A program made the translations under genes and the position numbers. Shown here in pieces: positions 34,591 to 47,862 of a DNA stretch of 64,000 nucleotides. The notes beneath the pieces were generated by a model, which was not told the DNA's origin, searched no databases, and saw only the letters and a program-made list of their open reading frames with translations. The DNA is taken from assembly GCF_009914755.1 (NCBI RefSeq), contig NC_060925.1, one strand, 5' to 3'. This stretch comes from the human T2T-CHM13v2.0 reference genome, Homo sapiens. Each line of letters begins with the position of its first letter. Within the stretch, counting starts at the first letter, position 1.

Positions 34591-36057
34591 TAGGGTGAGC
34601 CCAGCAAAAAAGTAGAGGCATGAGGTAGAGGCAGGGGGCTAGAAAGGCCAGAGGAAGATCAGGGAAGGCCTCGTGAAGGAGGGGGCATTGAGTGGGCTTT
34701 GATGATGAATTTCAAGAGCAGAGAATGCCAGGGAAAAACATGTTGCCTGAGGAAGTAGTATAAGCAAAGGAAAGAAGGTGCCGGGATGTTCAGGTGAGCA
34801 GTCCGGCAGCCTTAAGCTGGGGGCAGGGAAGGAAAGAGTGGGAGGGTAGGGGACCATGAACGAAGCCATACTAGAGAGGGTATTCCCTAGATCTTCCTGA
34901 AGGAAGAAAGAGGGGACGTGTTCAGACTGTTAAGCGGGAAATCTCCCTCCTATAGCATGTGAAAGACCGATGGAAGGGGTGAGACTGAGTGGAGACAGAC
35001 TGTGAGGAAGCTACCACTGTCCTCTATCTAAGAGATGATAAGTATGGGGAGGGCGGACGGGCCAGACAGGTGAGTGGAGAGTGGAGGTTCCTGAGAGTTC
35101 TGGAAGGACAAAGTTGTTGGAACCAAGGAAGGGAGAGCAGAACAGATACAAGGAGTGAAGGAAGAATAAGTTTGGTTTTGGATGTTTTGATTTGAAGGTA
35201 CTCCCCAGAAACCCAAGTAGGAAATATTCCTCAGTCAGTGGGAACTTTGGGCCTAAACCAAAGACGGAGGCCCAAACCCCTGGGAGTAAGGGGTTGGATT
35301 TAGAAGTTGTGAGAAGTTAGTGAAGCGCAGGAGTGGCTTGGGATGGCACAGGTGATTGAGCAAGAGAAGGAGTTTGAGAATCACACTGCTTTAATCTGTG
35401 GACTCGAGGAAAGGCATTTAAGAAGGTTCCCAGGAATCCTGCTTTGAAGCCGAGCTTCTGACCTTACACTGACTTTTTTTGCCTGCCTGGCTTAGTTCCC
35501 TGAGGAGTGGCCACCCCTCAGTGCTTCAACCCTGTTTACTTGGTTTTGCAAACTTTGAAAAGATTCCCCCTGTCGTGAAGCAGCACCTGGCCTCAGAGTA
35601 GCCAGAGGAGCTTGGCTTCCCAGCTCAGACTGTGTGCTCTGCTGTCAGCCCAGAAATCCTCCTGAAGTGACAAAGAAGCCAAAAGAACTTTTTCCAAAGC
35701 ACTGGGTATGTTTTCCTGTTATTGATTAAAGAAATCAAACTTAAATCGGCAGGGAAAAAGATACAGTGGCTTATATATCAGATGCTTTTAGGTATTTTAT
35801 TCATCTGAGGCTTATCTTGTTCAAAGAGAAGGTGGATATTTGATGCTTCCTTGAAGCTTAGGGGACATGAAGGAAGTGAGGGGGGCAGTTCCTTTCTACT
35901 GCTCTCACTGCTGCCTTCCCCACTCCCTCCCTACAGGGTTGTGCTCAGGATATTCTAATAAGAACCCAACTTTGTAATTTAAATCAAACCTCTTGTTGCT
36001 TTTCTCCTTCCTACTCTCTATATCATTTGATACATCCTGGTTCCAAAATGACTTTCA

Positions 36058-36824
<767 letters not shown>

Positions 36825-37189
36825 GCATTTAAGTTTCTGAAAGACTACTCCTAAGTGTTCTAAGTGCTTTTACATATACCAATCATGTCTTTCTTCTGGT
36901 CTCCCTAGAAGACCAGGAAGCTACATAGAATGATGAAAGTCATGTGAGGCTTTGGAACAAAGTGGTCCTGGGTTTAAATCCTGCCCTACCTTTTGATAAC
37001 TAAATGACTTTGAGCAAGATACACAACTTGTAGAACTCCACTTTTTACTGGACTGGGCAATAGGGAGCTAACAATGGAAAAAAAAAAAGGGTAGACACAG
37101 TGTCTGCCCTCATGGAACTCATGGTCCAGCAGAGAGACGATGGACACAGATCATCACCAAATGAATAGTTGCCAGAGATTGAAGAATGC

Positions 37190-37430
37190 TGTAGGTAGGA
37201 GTGTACATTTGAAACAGACTGCAGGGAATTGAATCCTGGCTCTGTCACTAGCTGTATACCTTGAGCAAGTCACTCAACTTCTCTATGCCTCAGTTTCCTC
37301 ATCTATAAAATGGATAATAATAATTCCCCCATCATGGGGTTGTCGTAAGAAAGAAATGAGTTAGTATACATAAGCATTTAGCATGCCTGGCATATATGAA
37401 GCCCTATGTGTTAGTTTTTGTCATTATAAG
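37190..37430. mobile_element. MIR (similar MIR remnants near 1770-1920, 23080-23280, 28220-28420, 56740-56920, 59900-60130, 63370-63850)
   Basis: MIR core: accttgagcaagtcactcaacttctctatgcctcagtttcctcatctataaaatgg. Confidence 0.8.
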
Positions 37431-37467
37431 TGACAGAAAGGGAAGTGGAGGGTGTGTTAAGAATCTA

Positions 37468-37776
<309 letters not shown>

Positions 37777-38321
37777 TTAGGAGTTGTAGGAAGCTAATTT
37801 AGACAGGAGGCTCAGGGAAAGTTTTGCTGAGGAAGTAGAAACAGAATCCTCAAGATTTAGCTAGCTTCACAAAGAAAGCAGGAGATACACAGGACAGGAA
37901 GTGGCCCGAGGTAGGCAGGAGCTGACTGGATCAAGAAACTGAAGCGTAGTGAGGGCAAGTGTGCTGGAAGGCTAAATAGGGTGATGTTGCTAAAGCAAGG
38001 GCAAGTGATGTGGGTCACACTAGCGTTCCTCCCAGTACAGCAGCCACAGAGCTTCCTCTGTTTTGTCAGAGAACCTGGTGGCAGAAGCGTATTACTGTGA
38101 CTGAGTCTGAGGCCTTGGTTATGCTGTATTCCTTGGTCTGACACTCAGAGATAGTCTGTCCTCTCAAAAAAATTCCAGCTCAAGAGGTGGAGCCAGAGTT
38201 CAAAATCGCCAGCCCTCTTACGCTGTCATAGCTGACTGCCATGTTCAAAACGTGGTTCCTGGAAACTGACTTCTTTACATCAACCACACCTATATGAACA
38301 GAATCCCTTCTTAGCTCTAAG

Positions 38322-38520
38322 CCAAGAATCAGTAAACTGTGGCCCATGGGCCAAATCTGGCCTGCCACCTATGCCTGTACTGCCTGCCGATGAAGAATGG
38401 TTTTTACATTTTTCCATGGCTGGGAAGAAAAGATGACAAAGATAGTAAGTACACTGTATATGGCCCACGACACCTAAAATATTTACTGTGTCCCATTACA
38501 GGACAAGTTTGCCTGCTCTT
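38322..38520. mobile_element. MER58-family MITE
   Basis: aaactgtggcccatgggccaaatctggcc...cctaaaatatttactg. Confidence 0.7.
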
Positions 38521-38640
38521 ATAAATCACTGAACCTGGAGCTGTTCACACTGAACCGAATCTACTTAGGGATTGGCCCCTGGGGACATTGTGTTGGGTGA
38601 GGCCTCCCTTTTCACTAATGGTGGGTCTTTGATCTTACAG

Positions 38641-38843
38641 GACAAATCCTTCAGAAAGATCAGGAAATCAAGGACCTAAAACAGAAGATAGCCGAAGTCA
38701 TGGCCGTCATGCCCAGCATAACATACAGTGCCGCCACCAGCCCCCTGAGCCCTGTTTCCCCCCACTACTCTTCCAAATTTGTGGAGACCAGCCCCTCTGG
38801 ACTTGACCCCAATGCCTCTGTTTACCAGCCCCTGAAGAAATGA
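38641..38843 (+). CDS. MACO1: Macoilin last coding exon: QILQKDQEIKDLKQKIAEVMAVMPSITYSAATSPLSPVSPHYSSKFVETSPSGLDPNASVYQPLKK*
   Basis: Acceptor tcttacag|GA, phase 1; TGA at 38841-38843. Confidence 0.97.
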
Positions 38844-39796
38844 AGGCCAGCTGTGTGTTGTGCCCAAAAATTTGGTTACCGGAAGGCATTGCAAAGGAGC
38901 GTCTCTGGCAGTCAAGATAAAAAAACAGTTTCTATTGTATTTTGTGGAACTGTATCTGTTGTCATTTTTAAAAAGGGGGGAAAAGATAACATCCAAGTCT
39001 GATTAGAACTGCCCATCAGTTTTTCTTGTAAATTTTTAGAAGACCTCACAGAACTTTACAGTTTATTTTTCTCGGCCAACACATTAAAACCATTCTTGGA
39101 TTTCAAGTAGCCAACTTTGCCTTTTATGTATTCTTACATAGTTTCCTCTTGAAGAAAAAAAAAGCAGAGTTTTTGTTTTTCAACCCTTTATGTTTGTTTT
39201 GTTTTATTCTTAAATAAGCAAGCAAAACCTGCACATTGGATTCACGTGAGATGATAATGAAAACTTTTAGTTTAAGAGTGAAGGGTTAAGTAACCTAACA
39301 GAGCTTTGATGTTATAGCTGCATTAAAGAAGGTGATTGTCAATATTACAGAAAACAAAAATGGATTGCCCCTCCAAGGACCAAACAGATTCAAGGAGCAT
39401 CATTTAAGCTAAGAAGAGACCTAAGTGATGAAACTAGCTGTAAGAATGTAACAGGGGTTGTGTTTGAAATATTTATATTCCCATCGGTGTGTTTAGTCCT
39501 AGAAAATTGCTAGCAGCAGTCTTCTTCACAGTGCCTTGGGAAAAGACATTTCAAGAGGAAACTTGATAATTTTAAACTCTTTTCCCCCTTTACCGTCATC
39601 TATCCTCTATCTGTATCAAGCTCACTGCGGATCCTGCTGTAAAACTGGTGGGTAGCTGGGCTGTCCATTACCACCACAGCTACATCTTCTGTTTCTTTGA
39701 ATAGAAAGCACCACAGTGTTTTGCACTTGCCTCCAGTAAAGTGCCCTGGGAAGGGAGCTGGGCAGTGTTTGTGGACGAGAGACTGTAACGATGGCT

Positions 39797-39802
39797 AATA
39801 AA
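39797..39802 (+). terminator. Candidate proximal poly(A) signal
   Basis: AATAAA followed about 15 nt later by a long GU/U tract. Confidence 0.5.
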
Positions 39803-40561
39803 AGCTGCGGGTCTAGGTTTTTTTTTTTTTGTTTTTTTTTTCCATTTCATTTAACTGTGCTTTCTCCACTTTTCATCATTTTGTGTTTGATGATTTAAAA
39901 GAAGCTTGACTATTCCTCAGCTCTTGTGCCAAGGAGGGTTTTTTTTTTTTAAGACTCTTAAACTCAAAACTCTGCACAAAGATTTCAGTTTCAAATGTGT
40001 ATTATACATGGGTAGAAAAGTGTTTGCACAGGCAACTTTTGGAAGTGTTTAAGAATCAGGGTGGGGGTGGCGGGAGGGACCGGGTGGGGGCAATGCAAAA
40101 TTGTATTTGGAAACTAGGAAAAATTAAGAAACCAAATAAATTGGTTTTGCTTCCTTGCCATGGATTCTGGAAGGACATAGTTCTTCTAAAATTTCCTGTT
40201 AATTGGCATGTACATCTCATTTAAAGCAAATTAAGTAGGACAAGCAAGTCAGTAAAATAGAAGTATTAAAAAGAATCATCCTTTAAATCACAGATCTTAT
40301 TTTGAGATTAAAAAAAATACTTCTAGCTTTAGCCAGGTGTGCATGTTGCTGCCATTTTGCATTTTTGAATCATCTTGTGTAATTGTCGCCATGAAAGTGT
40401 TACTCAGAATTGTCATAGATTTTCTCTTCTTTGTGCAAAAACATGGAAAATTGTCACTGACTTTGTTTTGAGGTTTCCCCCATTTTGCTGCCTTTTGGGA
40501 CACTTCGTTAAATACTGGTCTTGGCTGCATTCTTTTTTTTTTTTCCTGTGGGGTTCAAAAG

Positions 40562-40567
40562 AATAAA
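40562..40567 (+). terminator. Probable distal poly(A) signal of MACO1
   Basis: AATAAA with an upstream U-run and downstream gttttctgcctttttt. Confidence 0.75.
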
Positions 40568-42293
40568 CATTTTCTTACAGATAAAACTAGTTTTCTGCCT
40601 TTTTAACTTTCAGGAGAGCACAGCAAGGTAGATTGTTCTGAGTGGGGCTTAGCCGGTTGCTATCTTGTTCTCATCTCGGCCTGCATCAGGTGGGGGTCCC
40701 CCCACACAGCCGATCCCTGGGTAGGGGGCAGACCCAGGATTTGGGGGAGACCCATCAGGATCTCAAGTTGGTTTGGTTTCTGTGCATAAGACATGTCCAT
40801 TCTCATTTGTTTTCTCCCTTCTCTGGCATCTGATTAGAGCCAAGGCTGACTTGTTTTCTGGTACAACCCTCCTTTCCTAAGAAAGCAAGTTAGGGGTGGA
40901 GTTGGGGGGTAGTTGGTGAGAAAATCTTGAGAGCAAATTTCCTTCATCAATGCCTTGCCTTCTATTTTCTAGAATCTTGCTTGGCCACTTAGTGACCAAT
41001 ACTCTATTGGGTTTCCTATCTGCTATAGATCCTGAACTAACCTACACTTTTATCATCCTCCCTTGTTTTTAGAGGCTTTGTCTGTTTTCATCTTCTGAGA
41101 AGCCAACTGCCTCCCTTGGCCATTGTTACAATTGATCTTGGCTCTAGTTTTGGAAAATTCTGCTCTTGGCACCTCACCCTCTGTCCTTATTGCTAGATAG
41201 CCTTTCTGAGTCTTGGCCATCAAGTCTGTTGCAGACACTCCACACTTAATATCATGAGCAGAATTCCCCAGGGGGAACATGTTGGCTTGCCTTGGCTTTC
41301 GCCTTTGCCTTCCCTGAAGGAATGTGTCTGCCTACAGAACTCTCATTGGCACTTTCTTTTCCACCAAGGAAATCTCCAGTTGTTGTCTTTGTTATTTTAG
41401 GCCCATGATAAAGCAGCAATTAACTATGAAAATCAAAAGGCTATAATCATGATGCACTAATGGGGACAGACTAGGAGAGAGAGAAAACTCAGATCTTCAA
41501 GTTTCATTGCTTCTTTTTCTTTTTTTTTTTTTGAGATGGAGTCTCACACCATCATAAAGCAGCTCCACATCTCAGTACATAATTTATTACATGCTATAAA
41601 GCAGTGTTTGCCATTCTAGATGGTTAAATATTTAGAGGACGAGTGGGCTGAGTGTGTTTTGACTGGCCGAATAACCTCTCTCTATTGACACATCTCCCAA
41701 CTTTACATAAGGAAATAGCTGTCTATGTGGCAATCTTTCCAAGAGATCCTATGGAATGAGAATGAACAACTCCTCATGACTCCCAGCCTGCAGGAAGGGC
41801 ATAATCCTTTTTCCTGCCATCCCTCTCCCCTGCCTGTGTTAATCTGGGCTGTGAAGAGCCACCTGGGAGGGCTGAACATTTCTGACAGCTGCCCTCACTG
41901 CTGCTTTTGAAATTCACACCACAGCAGAGAACTAAAGAGGTAAACCAGAAGCCTACCCCCAAGCCACTGGCCAGAGTAGCTAGGCCTGTTTAGATTAAAG
42001 GGCCTCTGAGCCCCATAAATGCCTGGCTATATATGACTCTCAAAGACACTTACTGCTGAGCTGGCCTCTTCCCAGGCCTCACAGGACTTGCCCAAAGGCA
42101 TCCCCCTCATCCTTCATGCAGAGCCCTAGGGCCCAGCCAAGCCCTCCAGACAGGGATGGGAGTCAACTCCCAGCTTTGCCTCCACAGGCTCTGTGATTGC
42201 CCTTAACCTCTAGGGTGCCGTTTCCTCACCTGACAGAGTTGCTATGGAGACTGGGTGACATGATGCAAAAGGGTACCCTGAAAACCATCTACA

Positions 42294-42307
42294 GCGCCCC
42301 CAGGTGG
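42294..42307 (-). promoter_or_regulatory. CTCF motif, reverse orientation (CCACCTGGGGGCGC)
   Basis: One mismatch to CCASYAGRKGGCRS; CpG retained. Confidence 0.65.
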
Positions 42308-42670
42308 AAGCGCAGACCTGCCGCAAGGAATCATGAGGAGGGCAGGACCTGGCTAAGAATTCCTGCTCTTGGGGCTGCTGCATCCTTAACAGCCTGACTC
42401 CTAAACTCGTGACACTCAAAAACATGGTCTGCAACTGCAGCCCAGCAGCACCGGTGTCCTATGTGAGCTTGCATCGGGCTCTTGCCCAGACCCATCTGAA
42501 TCTGCATTTTACAAGATGTGAATGGGTAATTCAGTTGCATATTATTTTAGAAGCCCCATCCTGAGCGTCTGACTTTCCTAACATGAAGACTCTAAACATT
42601 GTCACCCTCTCTCTTCTAGTCCAGAAAAAAGCTGATACACAGGCTTTGAAAATTTAGAATTAAAAATTTG

Positions 42671-42965
42671 GGCTGGGCGTGGTGGCTCACGCCTGTAATC
42701 CCAGCACTTTGAGAGGCCAAGGTGGGCAGATCACGAGGTCAGGAGTTCGAGACCAGCCTAGCCAACATGGTGAAACCCTGTCTCCACTAAAAATATAAAA
42801 ATTAGCTGGGCATGGTGGTGGGTGCCTGTAATCCCAGATACTCGGGAGGCTGAGGCAGGAGAATCGCTTGAAACCAGAAGGCAGGTTGCAGTGAGCCAAG
42901 ATCACGCCACTGCACTCCAGCCTGGGCAACAAGAGGAAGACTCTGTCTCAAAAAAAAAAAAAAAA
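42671..42965 (+). mobile_element. AluS
   Basis: Full dimer. Confidence 0.9.
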
Positions 42966-44139
42966 GAGTTTAATGATGAGAGGCCATGCAGAAGATGAAC
43001 TCTAAGCCTTACTCCTTTTTACTTATTTTGTTTATTACGTTTCCTCACCATTAGAATGTAAGCTCTATGAGGGCAAAGATTTTTGTTTATTTACTGCTGT
43101 AACCCAAAACCTAGAACAATGACTGCCACATAGTAGGTATTCAGTAAATACTTATTGAGTGATTAAGGTTTTAGATTAGACATGTAATCTGAAATACCGT
43201 GTCTTGACTGAATCAGAGCATCTCTGTAATAGTATTATTAGAATGACAAGTATAAACAGAATTGTTTCTAGAAGGAGAGGGATAAATTTGAAGTAACATA
43301 TTTACTATGACATCTCCCATCTGCCTGTCTGAAACCTTGCTTTTTTGTCAGATTTTCTCTACAAACTCCTGCTTGATTTAGCCAGGTGCAAAAAGATGTC
43401 TTTACCAGCTAGATGTGCTGCGAACAATCACTTGTCTTGGAAGCCTCGCAGCAGGGGCCTGCTGGGGGCCTGTCCATGCTTCATCCCTCTGGAGCCTTAG
43501 ACCAACTTCCACAAGAGCCAGTACTGCTGCGTTGTGAGTCAGTGTGGGGATTTTTTCTGTTGACAGTAATTGAATTATAAAGCATTTCCTCCTGGAAGGT
43601 ATCTGGGTGATTGAATGTCTCAGAGAATTCCTTTCCATCTGACCAAGGGGGCCACACTTCTTTTCTCTCCTCCCTCCTTGAGCATATTTTAAGTGTTTCT
43701 GTTTGTTCCATCTCAACGTTTGCTTTTGGTTCCTGTCTTTGCTTGAGGTTCAAGTCTTATTTCCCCTCAGGATGGGCTTTCTAGGGTTCTGGGACCACTC
43801 TGTTGTGATACCCTGATTTTTCTCCTAAGAATCCCAGATTTAGCTTCACACACGTGGCAGGGCCTTTTAAACCCTGTCCGAAGGAGCCTGGACCGGTTGC
43901 TCTGAGAGAGGTCCATTCTGCCCGCTTCCCAGCTCTGCAGCCTTCGGGTTGAGAGGGAGGTGCAGGTGAGTGTGGGCAGGGACCTCCATGAGCCACGTTT
44001 GGCCTGGCACCAGCATATCCTGGATCCTGTTCTTCGCCGTTCCCTTCCCTGTCCTCCTCTGCACGGAGGACAGGGTTTTGCTCCTGGAGCCCTAGGCCGT
44101 GTTGGCACATTTCTCCAGTACCAGGCCCATACTTCCTTA

Positions 44140-44312
44140 GAACAATCATTCTCAAACTTGTTCACCAGAACAGCCTGAAGTCACCTGCGAAAACACAGAT
44201 TACTGGGTCCCACCCCAGAGTTTCTCATTCATGAGGTCTGGGGGTGGGCCTGAAAAACTGCATTTCTAACACATTCCCAAGTGAGGCTGGGCCCCACCTT
44301 GAGAACCACTGG
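44140..44312. mobile_element. MER5A
   Basis: ttctcaaactt...cagattactgggtcccaccccagagtttct...ttgagaaccactgg. Confidence 0.8.
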
Positions 44313-44361
44313 CTTGAGCGTGAGGGCTGACACAGCCCTGCCCAAAGCCACCCCCCAGCTG

Positions 44362-44375
44362 CCACCAGAGGGCAC
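44362..44375 (+). promoter_or_regulatory. CTCF motif, forward orientation (CCACCAGAGGGCAC)
   Basis: Exact match to CCASYAGRKGGCRS. Confidence 0.7.
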
Positions 44376-44615
44376 ATGCAACCTGAGCCAGAGGTCTTGT
44401 TTCACCTCCAGCTGCCAGCTCCCCGCCTGCCACCCAGCAGAGGTTCTTTCCAAAAGATTTCTTTCTAGTTGTAATTTTTGTTATTATGTATTAGGAAGAA
44501 ATGCAGATCTAAAAAATAAGGTGGGTTCTCAGAGTCTGTCTCTGACAAATATTAAAGGTCAGATGGATCAGCCTTTTGAAAGTGTTGAATGTCCTGACTT
44601 TTAAGAAATGGAACA

Positions 44616-44920
44616 GGCTGGGTAGGGTGGCTCACGCCTGTAATCCCAGCACTCTGGGAGGCTGAGGTGGACCAATCGCTTGAGCTCAGGAGTTCAAGAC
44701 CAGCCTGGGCAACATGGGGAAACCCATCTCTACTAAAAATACAAAAATTAGCTGGGTGTGGTAGTGTGCCTATAGTCGCACCTATTTGGGGGACTGAGGT
44801 GGGAGGATCATTTGAACCTGGGAGGTCAAGGCTGCAGTGAGCTGAGACCACACCACTGCATTCCAGACTGGGTGACAAAGTGAGACTCTGTCTCAAAAAA
44901 AAAAAAAAAAAAAAAGGAAA
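44616..44920 (+). mobile_element. AluJ-like
   Basis: Dimer; TSD approximately AATGGAACA. Confidence 0.88.
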
Positions 44921-45639
44921 AAAGCAATGGAACAAATGGTTCCCACTGGAGGCTTCCAGGGCTTCCATCACACTGAAGTGGGGACTTCCTTTCAGAACAT
45001 CGTAGAATCTTTGTGTATTCAGAACCCAAAAGGCAGTTAAGATGATAGGTGATTTTCATTTTCTTCTTTATACTTTACTGTATATTCCAAATTATCTAAA
45101 ATTCATATAACAAAAAAATGATTTTTAAAACACATTTTAAATGTGACTAAAAGCCAAAACAACAACTCCAAAATAATAAAAACCAACCCAAAGAGGAACT
45201 TGGAGTGAGCAGCGTGGGGTGAGGAGAAAGCCCCCAGCTGGCACTTGGCCCCTCAGTTGGTCCTGCTGAGGTATCTGCCTAGGCGTAGGGGTCTAGTGGG
45301 ATCACAGTTGGCCGAGTGCTCAAGAAAGGGATTTAGGACCGAGGAATAGATGGTTACCTGTGAGGACTCGGCCTGTCATCTGTGTAAGTCATGTGTTGCA
45401 GAAGCCCTGAGATGCCAGAACTTGAGATTTTTCAACCAAAAACAAAAGGAATCTGGATAATGTGAAATCTCCCAATTTTTAAATGTTAGCTCAAATGTAT
45501 TATCTGCAGATCAAACAAAATATGTCTGGAAGCTGCTAAATAGGAACCTAAGGCTGTAAAGTGCCTACGTTTTCCTGTTTCTGGCTTTGCTCCCAGTCCC
45601 TTGGCCTCTCCACGCACTGCAGAGTTCAGGAGAAGTGGG

Positions 45640-45815
45640 GCAGTGGGTCTCAACCCTGGCTGCTCATTAGAGTCACCTGGGGAGCTCTTAAAAATGCCCA
45701 TGGCCAGGGCCCACCCTGAGAGCGCCTGATTTAACTGGGCTGGGGAGGAACCCGGGCTTTGTTTGTTTGAATTCCCCAGAGGTTTCTAATATGCAGTCAG
45801 GGTTGAGAAACTGGG
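45640..45815. mobile_element. MER5A/MER5A1
   Basis: cagtgggtctcaaccctggctgc...gggttgagaaactgg. Confidence 0.8.
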
Positions 45816-46405
45816 AACTAGAGGGGAGTAAGAGGAAGCCTCCATCCTGCTGGGGCCTGGGACCTCAGAGGATGCATGCAGGTGTCTGGGGGCTGGGGCT
45901 GGGGCTAGGACTTCAAATGTTTTTAGCTGGCCAAGTGGAGATATGAGCAAAGTTGGTCTCTGCTGTCTTCCCACCTCCCCTGTGGAGACCCTCGTGTCTC
46001 TTCTTCTGGCCCCTGGGCTTCCTTCCAGGCCCTTGTCCTGGATTCCCCTTGTCAACCACATTTATCGCACTGTCTGCAAATATAAATTGTTAGCCCTCTC
46101 GTTTCCAAAAAGGAATTCTGCTAGCATCACCCCAATTTGTGGTTACTATGTGTCAGCTTATGAGGGTTTTTTAAATTATTATTATTGCAAGCCACAGAAG
46201 CTGACTGCGGCCAGTATAAGCCCAAAGAGGAACTGAATGAAAAGAGACGGGGCATGCACATATGGGGCTGTCGAGAGGGCTGAAGAGGCCATATGGGAAA
46301 GACAGGAGCCAGCCAGCATGGGCAGTTTGGAGGCAGGAGCTGCTCAGCAGGGCCCGTGGCTGAGTGAGTCCATGTCCCAGCTTCTCAAGTCAAAGTCGGG
46401 GGATG

Positions 46406-46759
46406 GTGGTAGATGTGTGCTACTGCTCCCAATTATCCACTCCATCCCTGCAGCGAGGTTGATCCATCCCACTCTACTCAGCGTCCAAGTTGGCCATATA
46501 ACTTGCATTGGTCAATGGAATGTGAGTGGGCATCACGTGTGCCAGGTGTGGGCAGCCTGAAATGCACCTGAGTGCTTTACATCAGCCTCTTGCTCCTCTC
46601 TGCGGGAGAACAGCATCTCCCAGAGAGGGGCCACAGCTGGGTGAGAGGTGAGCCATGTCAAAGCCCGCCCTCAGACGTGGGAGCAAAAAATATGTGTTAC
46701 TGGTCTTAAGTCACTGAGATTCGGGGGCTGTTTGTTACCAGAGCAAAAACTGATATAGA
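46406..46759 (+). mobile_element. Old MaLR LTR (MLT1H/I/J-like)
   Basis: Motifs ggccatataacttgcattggtcaatggaatgtgagtgg and aagtcactgagattcgggggctgtttgttacc. Confidence 0.65.
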
Positions 46760-47195
46760 CAAAGAGTCCAAACTTGAGTCATATGTCCTCCCCTTGGCTG
46801 AATCTTGGGCTGGAGAACACTAGCTGAGGGAAGGAGATTCAGGGCCCTTTTGCGGTCTGAATGTTTGTGTACCCTTAAAATCCTTATGTTGAAATCCTCA
46901 CCTGCAAGGCCTTTTGGGGGGTGATTAGGTCATGAGGGTGGCTCTATGAAAGAGGCCCAGGAGGAAAAAGGAAAGATGGCCGAATAGGAACAGCTCCGGT
47001 CTACAGCTCCCAGCGTGAGCGACGCAGAAGACGGGTGATTTCTGCATTTCCATCTGAGGTACCGGGTTCATCTCACTAGGGAGTGCCAGGCAGTGGGCGC
47101 GGGTCAGTGGGTGCGTGCACCGTGCGCAAGCTGAAGCAGGGCGAGGCATTGCCTCACTTGGGAAGCGCAAGGGGTCAGGGAGTTCCCTTTCTGAG

Positions 47196-47411
47196 TCAAA
47201 GAAAGGGCTGACGGACACACCTGGAAAATCGGGTCACTCCCACCTGAATATTGCGCTTTTCGGACCGGCTTAAAAAACTGCGCACCACGAGATTATATCC
47301 CGCACCTGGCTCGGAGGGTCCTACGCCCACGGAGTCTCGCTGATTGCTAGCACAGCAGTCTGAGATCAAACTGCAAGGCGGCAGCGAGGCTGGGGGAGGG
47401 GCGCCCACCAT
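47196..47411 (-). CDS. L1 antisense ORF0, intact, 71 aa
   Basis: MVGAPPPASLPPCSLISDCCASNQRDSVGVGPSEPG...PFL matches primate ORF0; Kozak context gcaATGg; splice donors at +106 and +191 retained. Confidence 0.88.
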   Translation of the reverse strand: MVGAPPPASLPPCSLISDCCASNQRDSVGVGPSEPGAGYNLVVRSFLSRSEKRNIQVGVTRFSRCVRQPFL

Positions 47412-47862
47412 TGCCCAGGCTCACTTAGGTAAACAAAGCAGCCGGGAAGCTCGAACTGGGTGGAGCTCACCACAGCTCAAGGAGGCCTGCCTGCCTCTGT
47501 AGGCTCCACCTCTGGGGGCAGGGCACAAACAAAAAGACAGCAGTAACCTCTGCAGACTTACATGTCCCTGTCTGACAGCTTTGAAGAGAGCAGTGGTTCT
47601 CCCAGCACGCAGCGGGAGATCTGAGAACGGGCAGACTGCCTCTTCAAGTGGGTCCCTGACCCCTGATCCCCGAGCAGCCTAACTGGGAGGCAACCCCCAG
47701 CAGGGGCACACTGACACCTCACACGGCAGGGTATTCCAACAGACCTGCAGCTAAGGGTCCTGTCTGTTAGAAGGAAAACTAACAAACAGAAAGGACATCC
47801 ACACCAAAAACCCATCTGTACATCACCATCATCAAAGACCAAAAGTAGATAAAACCACAAAG

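Larger units (their letters stand above)
38844..40585 (+). other. MACO1: MACO1 3' UTR (end approximate)
   Basis: Repeat-free, U-rich sequence after the stop; AATAAA at 39797, 40135 and 40562, the last followed by a U-rich downstream element. Confidence 0.8.
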
